A stretch of DNA of 64,000 nt from an uncultured Methylomirabilota bacterium (GCA_963705305.1 OY970067.1:320001-384000); one strand, 5' to 3'. Positions 33,734-43,374 are shown, counted from the first letter of the stretch. Made by a program: numbers and translations. Notes: a model not told the origin generated them from the letters alone.

Positions 33734-34171
33734 TTAGCGAAATAGACCACGGACTTTGCTGAGAAAAGCAGGGGAGCGCATACGGTGTAGGATTGCAGCC
33801 CATTTGTTTTCTGCGAGAAGCTTTCTTTGGAAATCCTTTTCTTCCTTTCTCATTAGTTCCAAGACTCTTGTGTCTTCGTCCTCATCCAGCCAGTACCCGT
33901 GTTGATTCTCGCAAAACTCCAATTCGAGGTCGTAAAGGCGGTACTGAAATCTCCTGAGGGGTGCGTTGCACTCGGGGCATTTAGCGGTTGTGGCCGTGGA
34001 ACTGAAGATTAGGGTTCCTTTCTCGTCGTCGCCGAAGTCAAAGACCTCATCCTCCAGTTGTTCGAGTTCCTGATACTCCAACCACATTCCCTTACAGGAT
34101 TGACAGTAGTTGACTGCGATTCCATGCCGTTTCGTTGAGGCCAGATCCGCATTGCATTTAGGGCATTTCAT
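33734..34171 (-). CDS. Double zinc-ribbon (zf-TFIIB-like) protein
   Basis: CPKC...CQSCKGMWL and CPEC...FCENQHGYWLD repeats; lower GC than flanks. Confidence 0.85.
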   Translation of the reverse strand: MKCPKCNADLASTKRHGIAVNYCQSCKGMWLEYQELEQLEDEVFDFGDDEKGTLIFSSTATTAKCPECNAPLRRFQYRLYDLELEFCENQHGYWLDEDEDTRVLELMRKEEKDFQRKLLAENKWAAILHRMRSPAFLSKVRGLFR

Positions 34172-34551
34172 CTCTTCCCCCCGCTCTCTTCGGCTTCCAG
34201 CAATCCGCGTCAGCTCCGGTCCCTGGTGGAGCCACCCATAAACACCAAACCGTCACCGGCTTGCCCCCATGCCGATCAACACCCCCTGGGTTGCAGGAGA
34301 GAAGCCTGGCGAAGCGTCGCCGAAAGAGTATGCCTGCGACCACGGGCTGTCAACCCAAAGCGCGCCCAGGCCGGCGACCGGGGGGCTGCGGACGCAGGCA
34401 AAAGAGGGTCCTGTCCGGGAGTTTGAAATGGGAGCAGTCCAGGGCGGGTCGTGCCGAGTTTGGGAAGCAGGGTCAACCTGGATGGTCAGTCTCGGGTGTG
34501 CGATGCCGGCTAGAAGAACCAAGTCGAGGGAATGGAAGACTCTTACGCAAT

Positions 34552-34608
34552 TGGCGGTCCGCGGGAGGGAATCGAACCCCCATGAGGTTGCCCTCGCGGG
34601 ATTTTGAG
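34552..34608 (-). tRNA. 3' half of tRNA-Leu(CAA); non-functional att remnant
   Basis: Minus strand CTCAAAA anticodon loop, GAGG-GCAA-CCTC long variable arm, GGGGG-TTCGATT-CCCTC T-arm, degenerate acceptor ending CCA; no 5' half upstream. Confidence 0.85.
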
Positions 34609-34720
34609 AAACGTTTTGGAGTCTTTAGATTCAGGTACTTCCAGCGTCGTTGGTTCGATTTTTGGTTCAGTCCCGTTTTGCCCACTGGCCTCCTTCACGT
34701 CTGCCCAAAACGAGTGTACC

Positions 34721-36179
34721 ATATCTGAAAGCGCTACTCCGGGCAAGGCCAATAACATTCGCTGCGCAAGAGCCCCGCGGCAGGATTGGGGATAGACCAC
34801 GCCTGGCCCGGCCCAGCGCGCCCGAAGGTGGGGCGCAGGGCCGGCGGACGATCCCGCGCGCGGTTGTGGGTGGTTCGGTCTCCCTCCCTACGGGTTGCGG
34901 GCCTCGGGTGCCGGTGTCATCGGAACCATATCTTCGCCGTCATCGCGGCATGATGGTGTCCCGGAGGGAACGTCGCAATCAGATTCCGAGCGTCTCCCGC
35001 TCATGGGCACTTCGCGCTGGTCCCTCCGTGGACGACGCCGGGCGGGCCGCCGGGTCGCGGGTCCGGTTCCCGCTTGGTCAGGATCCAATAGGTGGCTTCC
35101 GCCAAGTGGCGCGCGACCGCGCCGATTGCCGTCGCGTGCCCCTTCCGCTGCTGGATGCGCGTATAGAGGCAACGGACGTGGCGGTGCGGCCGGGCGGGGC
35201 GCGTGCGGTCGGTGGGACTCGCCGCCTCGACGAAGGCCCACTTGAGGTAGCGAGTGATGTCCACCCGGAGCTGGCCGTAGTGGACGCGGCCCCCGCTGGC
35301 GTGCACGCGCGGCGTGGTGCCGGCATAGGCGGCGAGCTGCGCCGCGCGCGGGAAGCGGCGGATGTCGCCGATCTCCAGGCGGAGGACCACGGCCAGCACC
35401 CACCCGACCCCGGGGAGCGTCCGGAGGAGCTGGAGCTCCGGGGTGGGCGCAAAGACCGCGCGCCGGCGCGGCTCGAAGCCCTCGATCTGGGCCGACACGA
35501 CGTCCAGCTGCTCCAGGAGGCGCTCCGTGGCGGTCCCGACTGTGCGGCGCCAGCAGGGGGAGGGCGGTGGTGAGGAGCCACTGGCGCCCGCGGCGCCCGA
35601 AGAGATCGCTCGTCCCCTCCAGGCGCAGGCCGGTCCTTGGCCAGGGTGGCGTGGATCCGATTCTTGAGCCGGGTGCGCTCCCGGGTGAGGACCATGCGGG
35701 TGCGGGGGAGATCCCGCTGATCCCGGAGGGGGCCGGGCGGGATCCACACCGTGGGGAGCGTCCCGGCCCGCTGCAGCCGGGTCCGCCCCCGCGCGTCGAG
35801 CGTGTCGGTCTTGGTCCCCAGGCCGCGCAGGAGCTTCGCCTTGCGCGCGTGGACCAGCTGCGGGACCTGGCCGGCCGCTTCGATCTCGTCCACGATCCAG
35901 TCCCAGGTGCCGACGGTCTCGACCGCCACCGGCGAACCCCGCTCGCGGGTCGCGAGGAATTGCTGCAGGGCGCCCCGGACGTGGTCGATCCGGCCCTCGT
36001 ACCGGCGCTGGCCGTCCTCCGTCTCCACCGAGACCTGGGTGTACCGCTTGTGGGCATCGAACGCGATGTACTCCATGGCAGCGCGCCTCCTCTCAGCGGG
36101 GACCCCGCCCGCACCCCCTCCCGGGTCGACCGCAGCATACGCTGCAGTGCTCAGGAGGCGCAGCGCTTTCATAGCATCA
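34721..36179 (-). mobile_element. IS110 family (IS1111-type) insertion sequence, decayed
   Basis: Subterminal inverted repeats TGAAAGCGCT (34726-34735) and AGCGCTTTCA (36162-36171), ATAT right end, long 3' non-coding region. Confidence 0.8.
35001..36076 (-). pseudogene. IS110 DEDD transposase with two frameshifts (~35640, ~35540)
   Basis: [20 protein letters not shown] and [15 protein letters not shown] spread over three frames. Confidence 0.9.
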
Positions 36180-36356
36180 GATTCTGCTGGGCGTGCGTAG
36201 CCCGTGTCCAGGAAACCGGGAGCGGTATACTTAGCGCGACCACTCGGCCCAGCGTCCTCCCTCAATCGCGGCAAGGAATTCTGCGACGTGAAGGTTGAAG
36301 AGCTCCGGCTCTTGGAGATTCGGCGTGTGGCCGCAAGCTGGGAAGACGACGAGTCA

Positions 36357-36566
36357 GACGTTGCACTATCTGTCATATCTTGCTTTTCCCGGGCCACCTC
36401 TCCCGAGGAGGGGAGGGACTCGGATGGCGCGCGCGGCCAGATCTAGTCCGCCGTGCCCCTATCCTACGGGTTTCCCGTCAGCCTTCCCTTGCCCAAACCC
36501 GCAGGCTCCCCTATTGCCCCCGCTGGCCCGAAACGCTGGAGATTATACAAATAATGCTACGTCCCC
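36357..36566. mobile_element. MITE-like element with imperfect terminal inverted repeats
   Basis: Left GACGTTGCACTATCTGTCATATCT; right (reverse complement) GGGGACGTAGCATTATTTGTATAATCT; third copy at 39147. Confidence 0.65.
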
Positions 36567-36663
36567 TAGTATGTTAAAGGAAACCTTGGCACGAGACTCC
36601 TAGGTTCTTGAATCCCCGCCAGCTACACAACAAGCTCGGCGAAAGTGATTGTCTCGATGCACG

Positions 36664-37161
36664 CTAAAGCACCACGGGCTTGTCGGGCAGTTTATTCCGG
36701 TCATCGGCGACAGCAGGAAAATGTTCTTTCAGATGCTGCGTCACCGCCTGAATGCCGCTGATCACGCCCCCTTTATAGTTTCCCTGTTTAAAGGCGGTTT
36801 CCATTTTGCGGCAAATCTGCTCCCATTCTTGCGAGGCCACCTTCGAGTGAACCCCGCGATCGGCAACGATTTCAACGGCGCGGTCGGCGAGCAACAGGTA
36901 AATCAGCACGCCGTTATTGTGTTCGGTATCCCATACACCAAGTTGCGAATATACTTCAATGGCGCGTTCTCGCGCGGATTGCCCCTTGAAGAGCGGAGAA
37001 CTGTGCAGTGCTCCTTCTACCGCGAAACGGATTTCCCCAACATGTTCGGCCCTGCTCGCTTTGATCGCCTTCTCAATCGCAATCAAAGCTTGGCGGGGAA
37101 AAGCTCGATTCACCTGCCAGTGGGTCGCCAGAAGATGCCTCACAATGCGTTTGAGGTTCAT
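36664..37161 (-). CDS. TPM domain protein
   Basis: GEIRFAVE, WDTEHNNGVLIYLLLADR, NKLPD; lemA operon context. Confidence 0.9.
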   Translation of the reverse strand: MNLKRIVRHLLATHWQVNRAFPRQALIAIEKAIKASRAEHVGEIRFAVEGALHSSPLFKGQSARERAIEVYSQLGVWDTEHNNGVLIYLLLADRAVEIVADRGVHSKVASQEWEQICRKMETAFKQGNYKGGVISGIQAVTQHLKEHFPAVADDRNKLPDKPVVL

Positions 37162-37163
37162 CG

Positions 37164-38015
37164 TTACCACCGCCCCGAAGCGCCGCCACCGCCAAAGCCG
37201 CCACCGCCTCCGCTGAAACCGCCGCCACCAAATCCCCCCGTCCCGAATCCCCCACGATAACCGCCGACGCCTGGCCCGACCATCCCACCACCCACCAACG
37301 TGAAAAAGAGCGCGATCACGCCCGCGACAATCGCAATGAAGGCTGTACCTACCAAGAACCACGCGATCACGGCCACGATCCCCCCGGTCACGACTGAGCC
37401 GGGAAACCTGCCCAGGACAGAGCGCAGCGCCACACCCAGCACAAACGCAAGAATAAGAATAACCGGCAGATACTGCTGAATGCCTACGGTATCGCCGCCA
37501 CGCTGTCCTGTGGGTTCCGGCAGCGGCTCGCCGTCGACGACGCGGACGATCTGGTCGACCCCGGCCGCAATGCCCCCATAGAAGTCCCCTTGCTGGAAGC
37601 GCGGCGTAATGATCTCGCTGATGATGCGCTTGCTGGTGGCGTCATTGAGCGCCCCCTCCAGGCCGTAGCCCACTTCGATGCGCAGGGCCCGGTCGTTCTT
37701 GGCAACGACAAGGACTGCACCGTCATCCACTTTCTTCCGCCCCAGTTTCCATTGCTCGGCAACGCGCAGGGCATACTGCTCGATCGTTTCCGGAGCGGTG
37801 GTGGGAACGATAAGGAGCGCGATCTGACTGCCTTTCCTGGCTTCAAACGCTTGCAAAGTCTGCTCCAAGGCGGCCTTCTGCTCGGCCGTGAGCGTTGCGG
37901 TCTGGTCGGTGACGCGTCCTACCAAGGGCGGAACCGGGACCTCTGCTCCAGCGACACAAACCCAGCAAAGCGTGAACGCAAGACATGCAGCTCTTGCCAC
38001 AGGGATCGGTCTCAT
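37164..38015 (-). CDS. TPM domain (YgcG-like) membrane protein
   Basis: RVTDQTATL, RIEVGYGLEG, C-terminal FSGGGGGFGGGGASGRW. Confidence 0.93.
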   Translation of the reverse strand: MRPIPVARAACLAFTLCWVCVAGAEVPVPPLVGRVTDQTATLTAEQKAALEQTLQAFEARKGSQIALLIVPTTAPETIEQYALRVAEQWKLGRKKVDDGAVLVVAKNDRALRIEVGYGLEGALNDATSKRIISEIITPRFQQGDFYGGIAAGVDQIVRVVDGEPLPEPTGQRGGDTVGIQQYLPVILILAFVLGVALRSVLGRFPGSVVTGGIVAVIAWFLVGTAFIAIVAGVIALFFTLVGGGMVGPGVGGYRGGFGTGGFGGGGFSGGGGGFGGGGASGRW

Positions 38016-38644
38016 TTCGCGGCTCCTGGAGCCTCGCCTTGGGGTTTGATCGGCGCCGACCCGAAGTCAACTTTCGGCGGCTTGGAGATTTCCGCTTCGT
38101 TTTCTACGGTGAAGTTGGGCTTCGTTTTGTACCCGAACACCATCGCCGTGAGATTCGAGGGGAAGGAGCGCACCGTGACGTTGTATTCCTGCACGGACTT
38201 GATGTACCGATTGCGCGCCACCGCAATACGGTTTTCGGTGCCTTCCAACTGTGCCTGCAGGTCGCGGAAGTTGGCGTCTGACTTCAATTGCGGATAGTTC
38301 TCGGTCACCACCAGCAGCCTGGAGAGGGCGCCCGACAGTTCTCCTTGGGCGGCTTGGAACTTCGCAAATGCTTCAGGGTTATTGATAAGCTCCGGTGTCG
38401 CCTGGATGCTGCCCACTTTCGCGCGGGCGTTGGTGACACCCAGCAACACCTCTTTTTCCTGGGCGGCGAAGCCCTGTACGGTTTTCACCAGGTTGGGGAT
38501 CAGGTCAGCACGACGTTGGTACTGGTTCAAGACCTCCGACCAACTCGCCTTGATCTGTTCCTCGCCGGTCTGGAAGGTGTTGTAGCCGCAACTGGAAACG
38601 CTGAGCGCAACCAACGCTACCAGGACCACCCATAATTTACGCAT
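38012..38644 (-). CDS. lemA: LemA family protein
   Basis: YQRRADLIPNLV, ENYPQLK, LEGTENRIAVAR, FPSN. Confidence 0.95.
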   Translation of the reverse strand: MRKLWVVLVALVALSVSSCGYNTFQTGEEQIKASWSEVLNQYQRRADLIPNLVKTVQGFAAQEKEVLLGVTNARAKVGSIQATPELINNPEAFAKFQAAQGELSGALSRLLVVTENYPQLKSDANFRDLQAQLEGTENRIAVARNRYIKSVQEYNVTVRSFPSNLTAMVFGYKTKPNFTVENEAEISKPPKVDFGSAPIKPQGEAPGAAK

Positions 38645-38803
38645 TTGATTTCTCCAGAATGTTGAGCCTCCTCCGTCGGTCGCCACGAGGAGGGGCAACG
38701 GATCGGAGGTTACGCCTGGCCGCCCTAGCCTGTCAAGCCCGTTGGCTCCTTGGCAGGGCGGCGGATGAGGTGGCCTGCCCCATTGATTGGTCCTCCCGCA
38801 AGG

Positions 38804-39063
38804 TTAGTGTCCCCTTCGGGGATGGTGGAAATCCCCCGCCTTCAGGCGGAGCACGCTGGGCGATAGGGGCGCCACAAGGTTTCGATCGGCGAGGTTCATG
38901 CGATCAGCGTAGTGGTGCCCCTGAGCCCGCCGCAGATCTTGTGCGCATGCGGAGTCGACTTCCAGTCGACCCAATCTTCCTATTGGAAGTGGCCAGGTCA
39001 TATACAGTTCAGAGAACGGTTCCATGAGGTCAACCCCTCGGCTTGCAGCCGAGGGTCGTTGAG
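38804..39063 (+). mobile_element. Non-autonomous IS200/IS605-type element (PATE-like), copy 1
   Basis: TTAG then hairpins CCCC-TTC-GGGG and CCGCC-TTCA-GGCGG at left; CCCTCGGCT-TGC-AGCCGAGGG at right; homologous to 55170-55403. Confidence 0.7.
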
Positions 39064-39146
39064 TTCAAACCGGCTCCTAACGCCAGCGTCGGGCGCGGTT
39101 GGGTTCAGGCCATGGCGATTATTTAATTTCCCCCCGTGATTGTCAT

Positions 39147-39174
39147 GGGGGACGTTGCATTATCTGTCGAATCT
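39147..39174 (+). repeat. Orphan IS terminal repeat, same family as 36357-36566
   Basis: GGGGGACGTTGCATTATCTGTCGAATCT. Confidence 0.6.
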
Positions 39175-39743
39175 GCTTAGCTACACCACCGCGGGAAATC
39201 GCCCTGCCACCGTGATTGGGGACGATGCCAAGTTCGTCACGTGCGAGGGAACTCGTCTTGCCCCTGCATCCATAACCACCTTGAGACGGATCGCTCACGC
39301 GGCACCCCGACCTCCGACGGACTGTCGGCACAGGGCCTGGCCCCGATGGATCGCAATACACCGGCGCACGCCGGCCGCCGCTCCAGAGAGAATCGCGCAG
39401 CAGGCCGACGGCCTGGCAGGCCGTGGTGACGCCATCCTCACGCAACATGCCGTACATGGCAATGGATTCCCCGATCACAGCTGGAAGGATCGGACTGGCG
39501 CGGGCCGAGGTCGCCTGGGTCCGCCTGGTCCTATCCCCGGTGTCCCTCTTTCCCCTTGACGCCCACCGTTGGTCCGCCGGATACTCCATGCAGCCCCAAG
39601 AAGGCCGCAAGCCGCGACCACGGGCAGCCCGAGGTCGAGCCGGCGGGTCCAGGTGCGGGCGCCGCGCCAGCGGGGAGGGCCCGTCGCATGGCGGTCCTCC
39701 AGCAACATATGTCTATCATCTCATTAACCGGAGGGAAGGTTTT

Positions 39744-40292
39744 ATGGAGCTTCACGAAGCCATCGAGAAGAGGCGAACCATCCGAATCTTCAAGGAGGGG
39801 GCGACCGAGGCCCAGCTCCGCACGCTCCTGGCCGCGGGCGCCAAGGCGCCGTCCACGCGCAACCGGCAATCCTGGGAGTTCATCCTGGTCCCGGAGCGGG
39901 CCCGGGTGGACCGAATCGCCGAGTTGAAGTACCAGTACAACCGGAAGTTCTCGCCCGGCCCGGGCGAGACCCAGCAGGAAGTCGAAGCGCGGGCGCGCGA
40001 CCAGCAGCAGTGGTTCCAGCATGCCAGCGTCGTCGCCGTCTGCACCCAGGGGGGTGATGTTGCCTCCGCGTGGCTCGCCGTCGAGAACATCTCCCTGACC
40101 GCCGTCGCCGAGGGGCTGGGCAGCGGCATCATCGGCTTTGGCGGGGAGGAGAAGAAGGCCGTGGAGGCCCTCCTGGGGCTGCCCGCCGGCTACGAACTGG
40201 TCTGTATCATGAAGTTCGGGGTGCCCGCAGGGCCAGTCACGAAACCGCCGATGCGACCCGAATTCAGTTGGCTGCACAAAAACACATTCTAA
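39744..40292 (+). CDS. Nitroreductase family protein
   Basis: AIEKRRTIR, APSTRNRQSWEF, ENISLTAVAEGLG. Confidence 0.92.
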   Translation: MELHEAIEKRRTIRIFKEGATEAQLRTLLAAGAKAPSTRNRQSWEFILVPERARVDRIAELKYQYNRKFSPGPGETQQEVEARARDQQQWFQHASVVAVCTQGGDVASAWLAVENISLTAVAEGLGSGIIGFGGEEKKAVEALLGLPAGYELVCIMKFGVPAGPVTKPPMRPEFSWLHKNTF

Positions 40293-40335
40293 CGCAAGGT
40301 AAACGATGCCCTGAACAGGGCTCGCACGAGGTGCT

Positions 40336-40366
40336 GGCCAGGGGGTGCTTCCCCCTGGCCTTTTTC
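40336..40366 (+). terminator. Intrinsic terminator
   Basis: GGCCAGGGGG/CCCCCTGGCC stem followed by a T-run, downstream of the nitroreductase. Confidence 0.85.
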
Positions 40367-40557
40367 TGTTTCCCCCGCGGTCAGGGGAGGCACGTCCAGA
40401 CTCATCGGACACGCGCACTTGAGACAGGAGGTCCGCTGAGGTCATGAATCCCAGGCGTTTGCAGGAGAGTATTCGGGGCTGGACGGGGTCGCGGCGGACG
40501 ACAACGCGACGCTGGCGATAGAAGTCAAGATGGATTGGCTCCTTGGCCTCAAGCAGC

Positions 40558-40589
40558 CATTGCACATTCAGGGTGCCGGGGGGGCGAAC
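40558..40589 (+). repeat. att-like junction J4
   Basis: CATTGCACATTCAGGGTGCCGGGGGGGCGAAC; 29/32 identity to J5. Confidence 0.75.
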
Positions 40590-40722
40590 CTAAGGGTATT
40601 TTTGCGGTTCCCCCGGAGCTGCTTGTCCCCTTCCAGGGTCAATGGGCGGCCTGAGAATACTCGCCGCCCGGACCCCCGTCAAATGCCGGACCGGGCGCGG
40701 GACGGGGAGGAAGGGGACACCG

Positions 40723-41446
40723 ATGAACGTCCTGGGGTACATCCGGGTCAGCACGAACGAGCAGGCGGAGAACGGGGTGAGCCTGGCGGCCCAGCGGCAC
40801 CGGATTCGGGAGTACTGCCAGGCAAACGGCTACAAGTGCGTCGAGATCCTCGAAGACGACGGGTACAGCGGGAAGGATTCTCCGGCGCCCGGCGCTCCAA
40901 CGCCTCCTGGCAGAGCTGGAGGCTAAGGGGTGCCCATTGGGCGCCCTTGTCGTGGCCAAATTGGACCGGCTGACCCGGTCGGTCCGGGACCTCATCCGGC
41001 TGACCGAACTCCTCCGGAAGCATGGCGTAGCCTTGGTCTCCATCCAAGAGGCGGTGGACACGTCCACGGCGACGGGGCAGATGTTCTACACCCTCGTGAC
41101 CGTCATCTCCGAGTGGGAGCGGGGCGTCATCGGGGAACGGACCCGGGAGGCGCTGGCCCACAAGCGGCGGGACGGCAAGCGGGCGGGGGCGATCCCCTAC
41201 GGATTCAAATTGGCACGGGATCGCAAGACGCTGGTGGAGGTCCCCGAGGAGCAGCGGACTCTCGCGCTGATCCAGCGTAAGCGTGAGCGGCTCAATCTCA
41301 GCTTCTCCCGGATCGCGACGGACTTGAATGCCAGGGGCAACCTGGCGAAGCACGGCGGCCGCTGGCAGCCCGGGACTATTCGTAGCGTCCTCCGGACCCT
41401 CCACCGCCACGGGGGAATGCTCGGACCTGTGAGAGCGGCCGGGTGA
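40723..41446 (+). pseudogene. Small serine recombinase (resolvase domain plus short DNA-binding domain), one extra base at ~40879
   Basis: YIRVSTNEQ (catalytic Ser), GYSGK, KLDRLTRS, EWERGVIGERT, IPYGF; removing one T restores GKDLRRPALQRLL. Confidence 0.85.
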
Positions 41447-41921
41447 ACCCGGAACAGGGAGGAACTGGGGCGGAGAGCTGGCGAGGGAGGCACAGGATCA
41501 GTCGGCGTGCCGGGGGGCTCATGAAGACCGCTGCTGTCCCGTCAAGGACTTAGAGAATTGATCCCTGCATTTTACCTGGCGAGATCCCCGCTTTCCGCCT
41601 GCTCCCTTCCCACCCGTTTTCGGCCCATCACAGGGCGTCCAGGGGGGGCAAAGCTCCCCTGGAAAGCGATCGCCCATCCTCGGGCTTCCTGGTGGGCTAG
41701 GCGGGGGGTTTCGAGGGCATCTCCGGGACCCTCCGGATAGCCCTGGATCCGCCCGGCTGGCGGCGGGGCTCACCACTGCGGTTACTCGGAGCCGATCATT
41801 TAATTCCCCCCCGGCCCTACAGAGGGAGCAGCGGGGGCGAAATTCGGAGGGTATTGACTGGTGGCCTGATGAGGTGTCCCGTTCGAGGCCTGCACGGCTC
41901 CCCAAGCAGGGCGAAGCTCTA

Positions 41922-42116
41922 GCCGTTACACAAAGGTGTTGATAACGGTCGGCGTTTCGCTAGTAACGGCATGAATTGGTTGACCGAATCGGAACGCCTT
42001 GTCGGGGAAGAAATCTTCCTCGATGTCAGCTCAATCCGAAAAGGACGGAATGCGCTGTAACCACAGAGGAATCGCGCCTATTGACAAGCGAATCTTCAAC
42101 ACCTTTGTGTAGCGGG
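41922..42116. mobile_element. MITE, 195 bp, TA-flanked
   Basis: TIRs GCCGTTACACAAAGGTGTTGA and TCAACACCTTTGTGTAGCGGG (19/21), TA on both sides. Confidence 0.8.
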
Positions 42117-42492
42117 TAGGCCCGGCCCCGAGACTGGGATAGGAGTACGCGCCCCAGAGATAAGCCCCCGCCCAGTACGGGGTGTAGCCATAGTAGCCAT
42201 GGTAGGCGGTCTCGTGCTGCCGCGAGACCGGCTTCTCCGTGTCGATCGGGGGACTCTCCGCCACCTGGGCCTTCGTCAGCGCGGCCATGAGTCGCTTCTG
42301 CGCCCAGTCGATCGCGCGGACGGCGATCGGCGAGAGGAGCACCTTCCGGCCCGACAGCCACCCCCCCGTCTCGACCACGACGTAGCGCACCGTGTAGCTC
42401 ACATCGTCGAAGTAGCCGTCGTGGACCGTGCCGATGTCCCCATCGGTGGCCCCGATCGTGAACCCGTGGAGCGCCTTCATGCTCCGGAGCAT
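42117..42492 (-). pseudogene. PRC-barrel domain protein truncated by the MITE
   Basis: MLRSMKALHGFTIGATDGDIG...YFDD...RYVVVETGGWL; frame runs into the MITE after YGYTPYW. Confidence 0.85.
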
Positions 42493-42989
42493 CGCACCCT
42501 CCTGTGGGGCTTGTGGCTGCCCCCCGCCGCCGGCCCCGCCGGATGGACCCGGAGGGGAGGTGGTTGCGGCACGAACCCGCACCGCGTCAGTACTCGGGAC
42601 TGTAACGCTCGAACGTTGTGGACAGGATCTTCCGCGCACTGCACAGGACCGTATCAGGCGCGCTCGGATTCTTCCAGAAGATCTGGTAGGGTCGGATGCC
42701 GGACGCCGCCGAAGGGGAAAGGGGCAGGGCCAGGACAGCGACACGGGTGACGGGGGGCCACCGCATGGCTGTTCTTCGTACCCGCTGGCGTGTCTGCGGC
42801 CGCCGGTCCATCGAAGTCGTCGGCATCGAGGTCAGTCTCTGGCCGGGACGCGAGCAACCGATAGGGAAAGCGCTTGCGTGGCCGTCTGCCCACGCAAGCT
42901 CCAGACCCGCCGTGGCCTGCTGGAGGCACCGGCGCGACCAAGCCCGAGGCGGAGGCCGGGCTGCCCCCGTCTCGAACCGGGTCTCGCCT

Positions 42990-43178
42990 TTAGCTCGCCG
43001 CTGGCTCTGGATGCTGCCTGCTCTTCGCCTCGAGCTCCTTCCGCCCCTTCTCGGCATTCCGGTATTCACCGGTCATGGTCACAACGGCCGTTTGGAGTGA
43101 CCGCACCTTGAAGTACCAGACCGCCCCGCCTCCGGCAACGAGCCCAATGAGGATTCCCAGCCAGAAATTGATGTCCAT
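42990..43178 (-). CDS. Small single-TM hypothetical protein
   Basis: RBS AAGGAG, N-terminal TM segment FWLGILIGLVAGGGAVWYF, sigma54 promoter upstream. Confidence 0.65.
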   Translation of the reverse strand: MDINFWLGILIGLVAGGGAVWYFKVRSLQTAVVTMTGEYRNAEKGRKELEAKSRQHPEPAAS

Positions 43179-43259
43179 AGCCTACTCCTTTCGTGCGCTC
43201 GGCCGTGGGTGCAAAGATCATGTTCCCTCCGTGCCACGCCCGTCTCAAACAGATATCGG

Positions 43260-43275
43260 TGCAATAACAGATCCA
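43260..43275 (-). promoter_or_regulatory. Sigma54 promoter
   Basis: TGGATCTGTTATTGCA (GG-N10-GC); 15/16 identical to 47984-47999. Confidence 0.75.
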
Positions 43276-43374
43276 CCCCCGTTCTTGGGTGGCCCACGGG
43301 ATCTCAGCGCTGGTGAATCGAATAGTTGAATTGAACCAGCGGCGAAGAACCAGGGGATGGACAGACTGAAAACC

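Noticed and set aside
38866..38921. GGGGCGCCACAAGGTTTCGA resembles a tmRNA 5' end
   Set aside because: No tag ORF or tRNA-like 3' end; it is an internal stem of the IS200/IS605-type element
39175..39610. Possible decayed transposase behind the orphan IS end
   Set aside because: No recognisable DDE motifs by eye; blastx would be needed
41865..41920. CTGATGAG, possible hammerhead ribozyme core
   Set aside because: No correctly placed GAAA and no supporting stems
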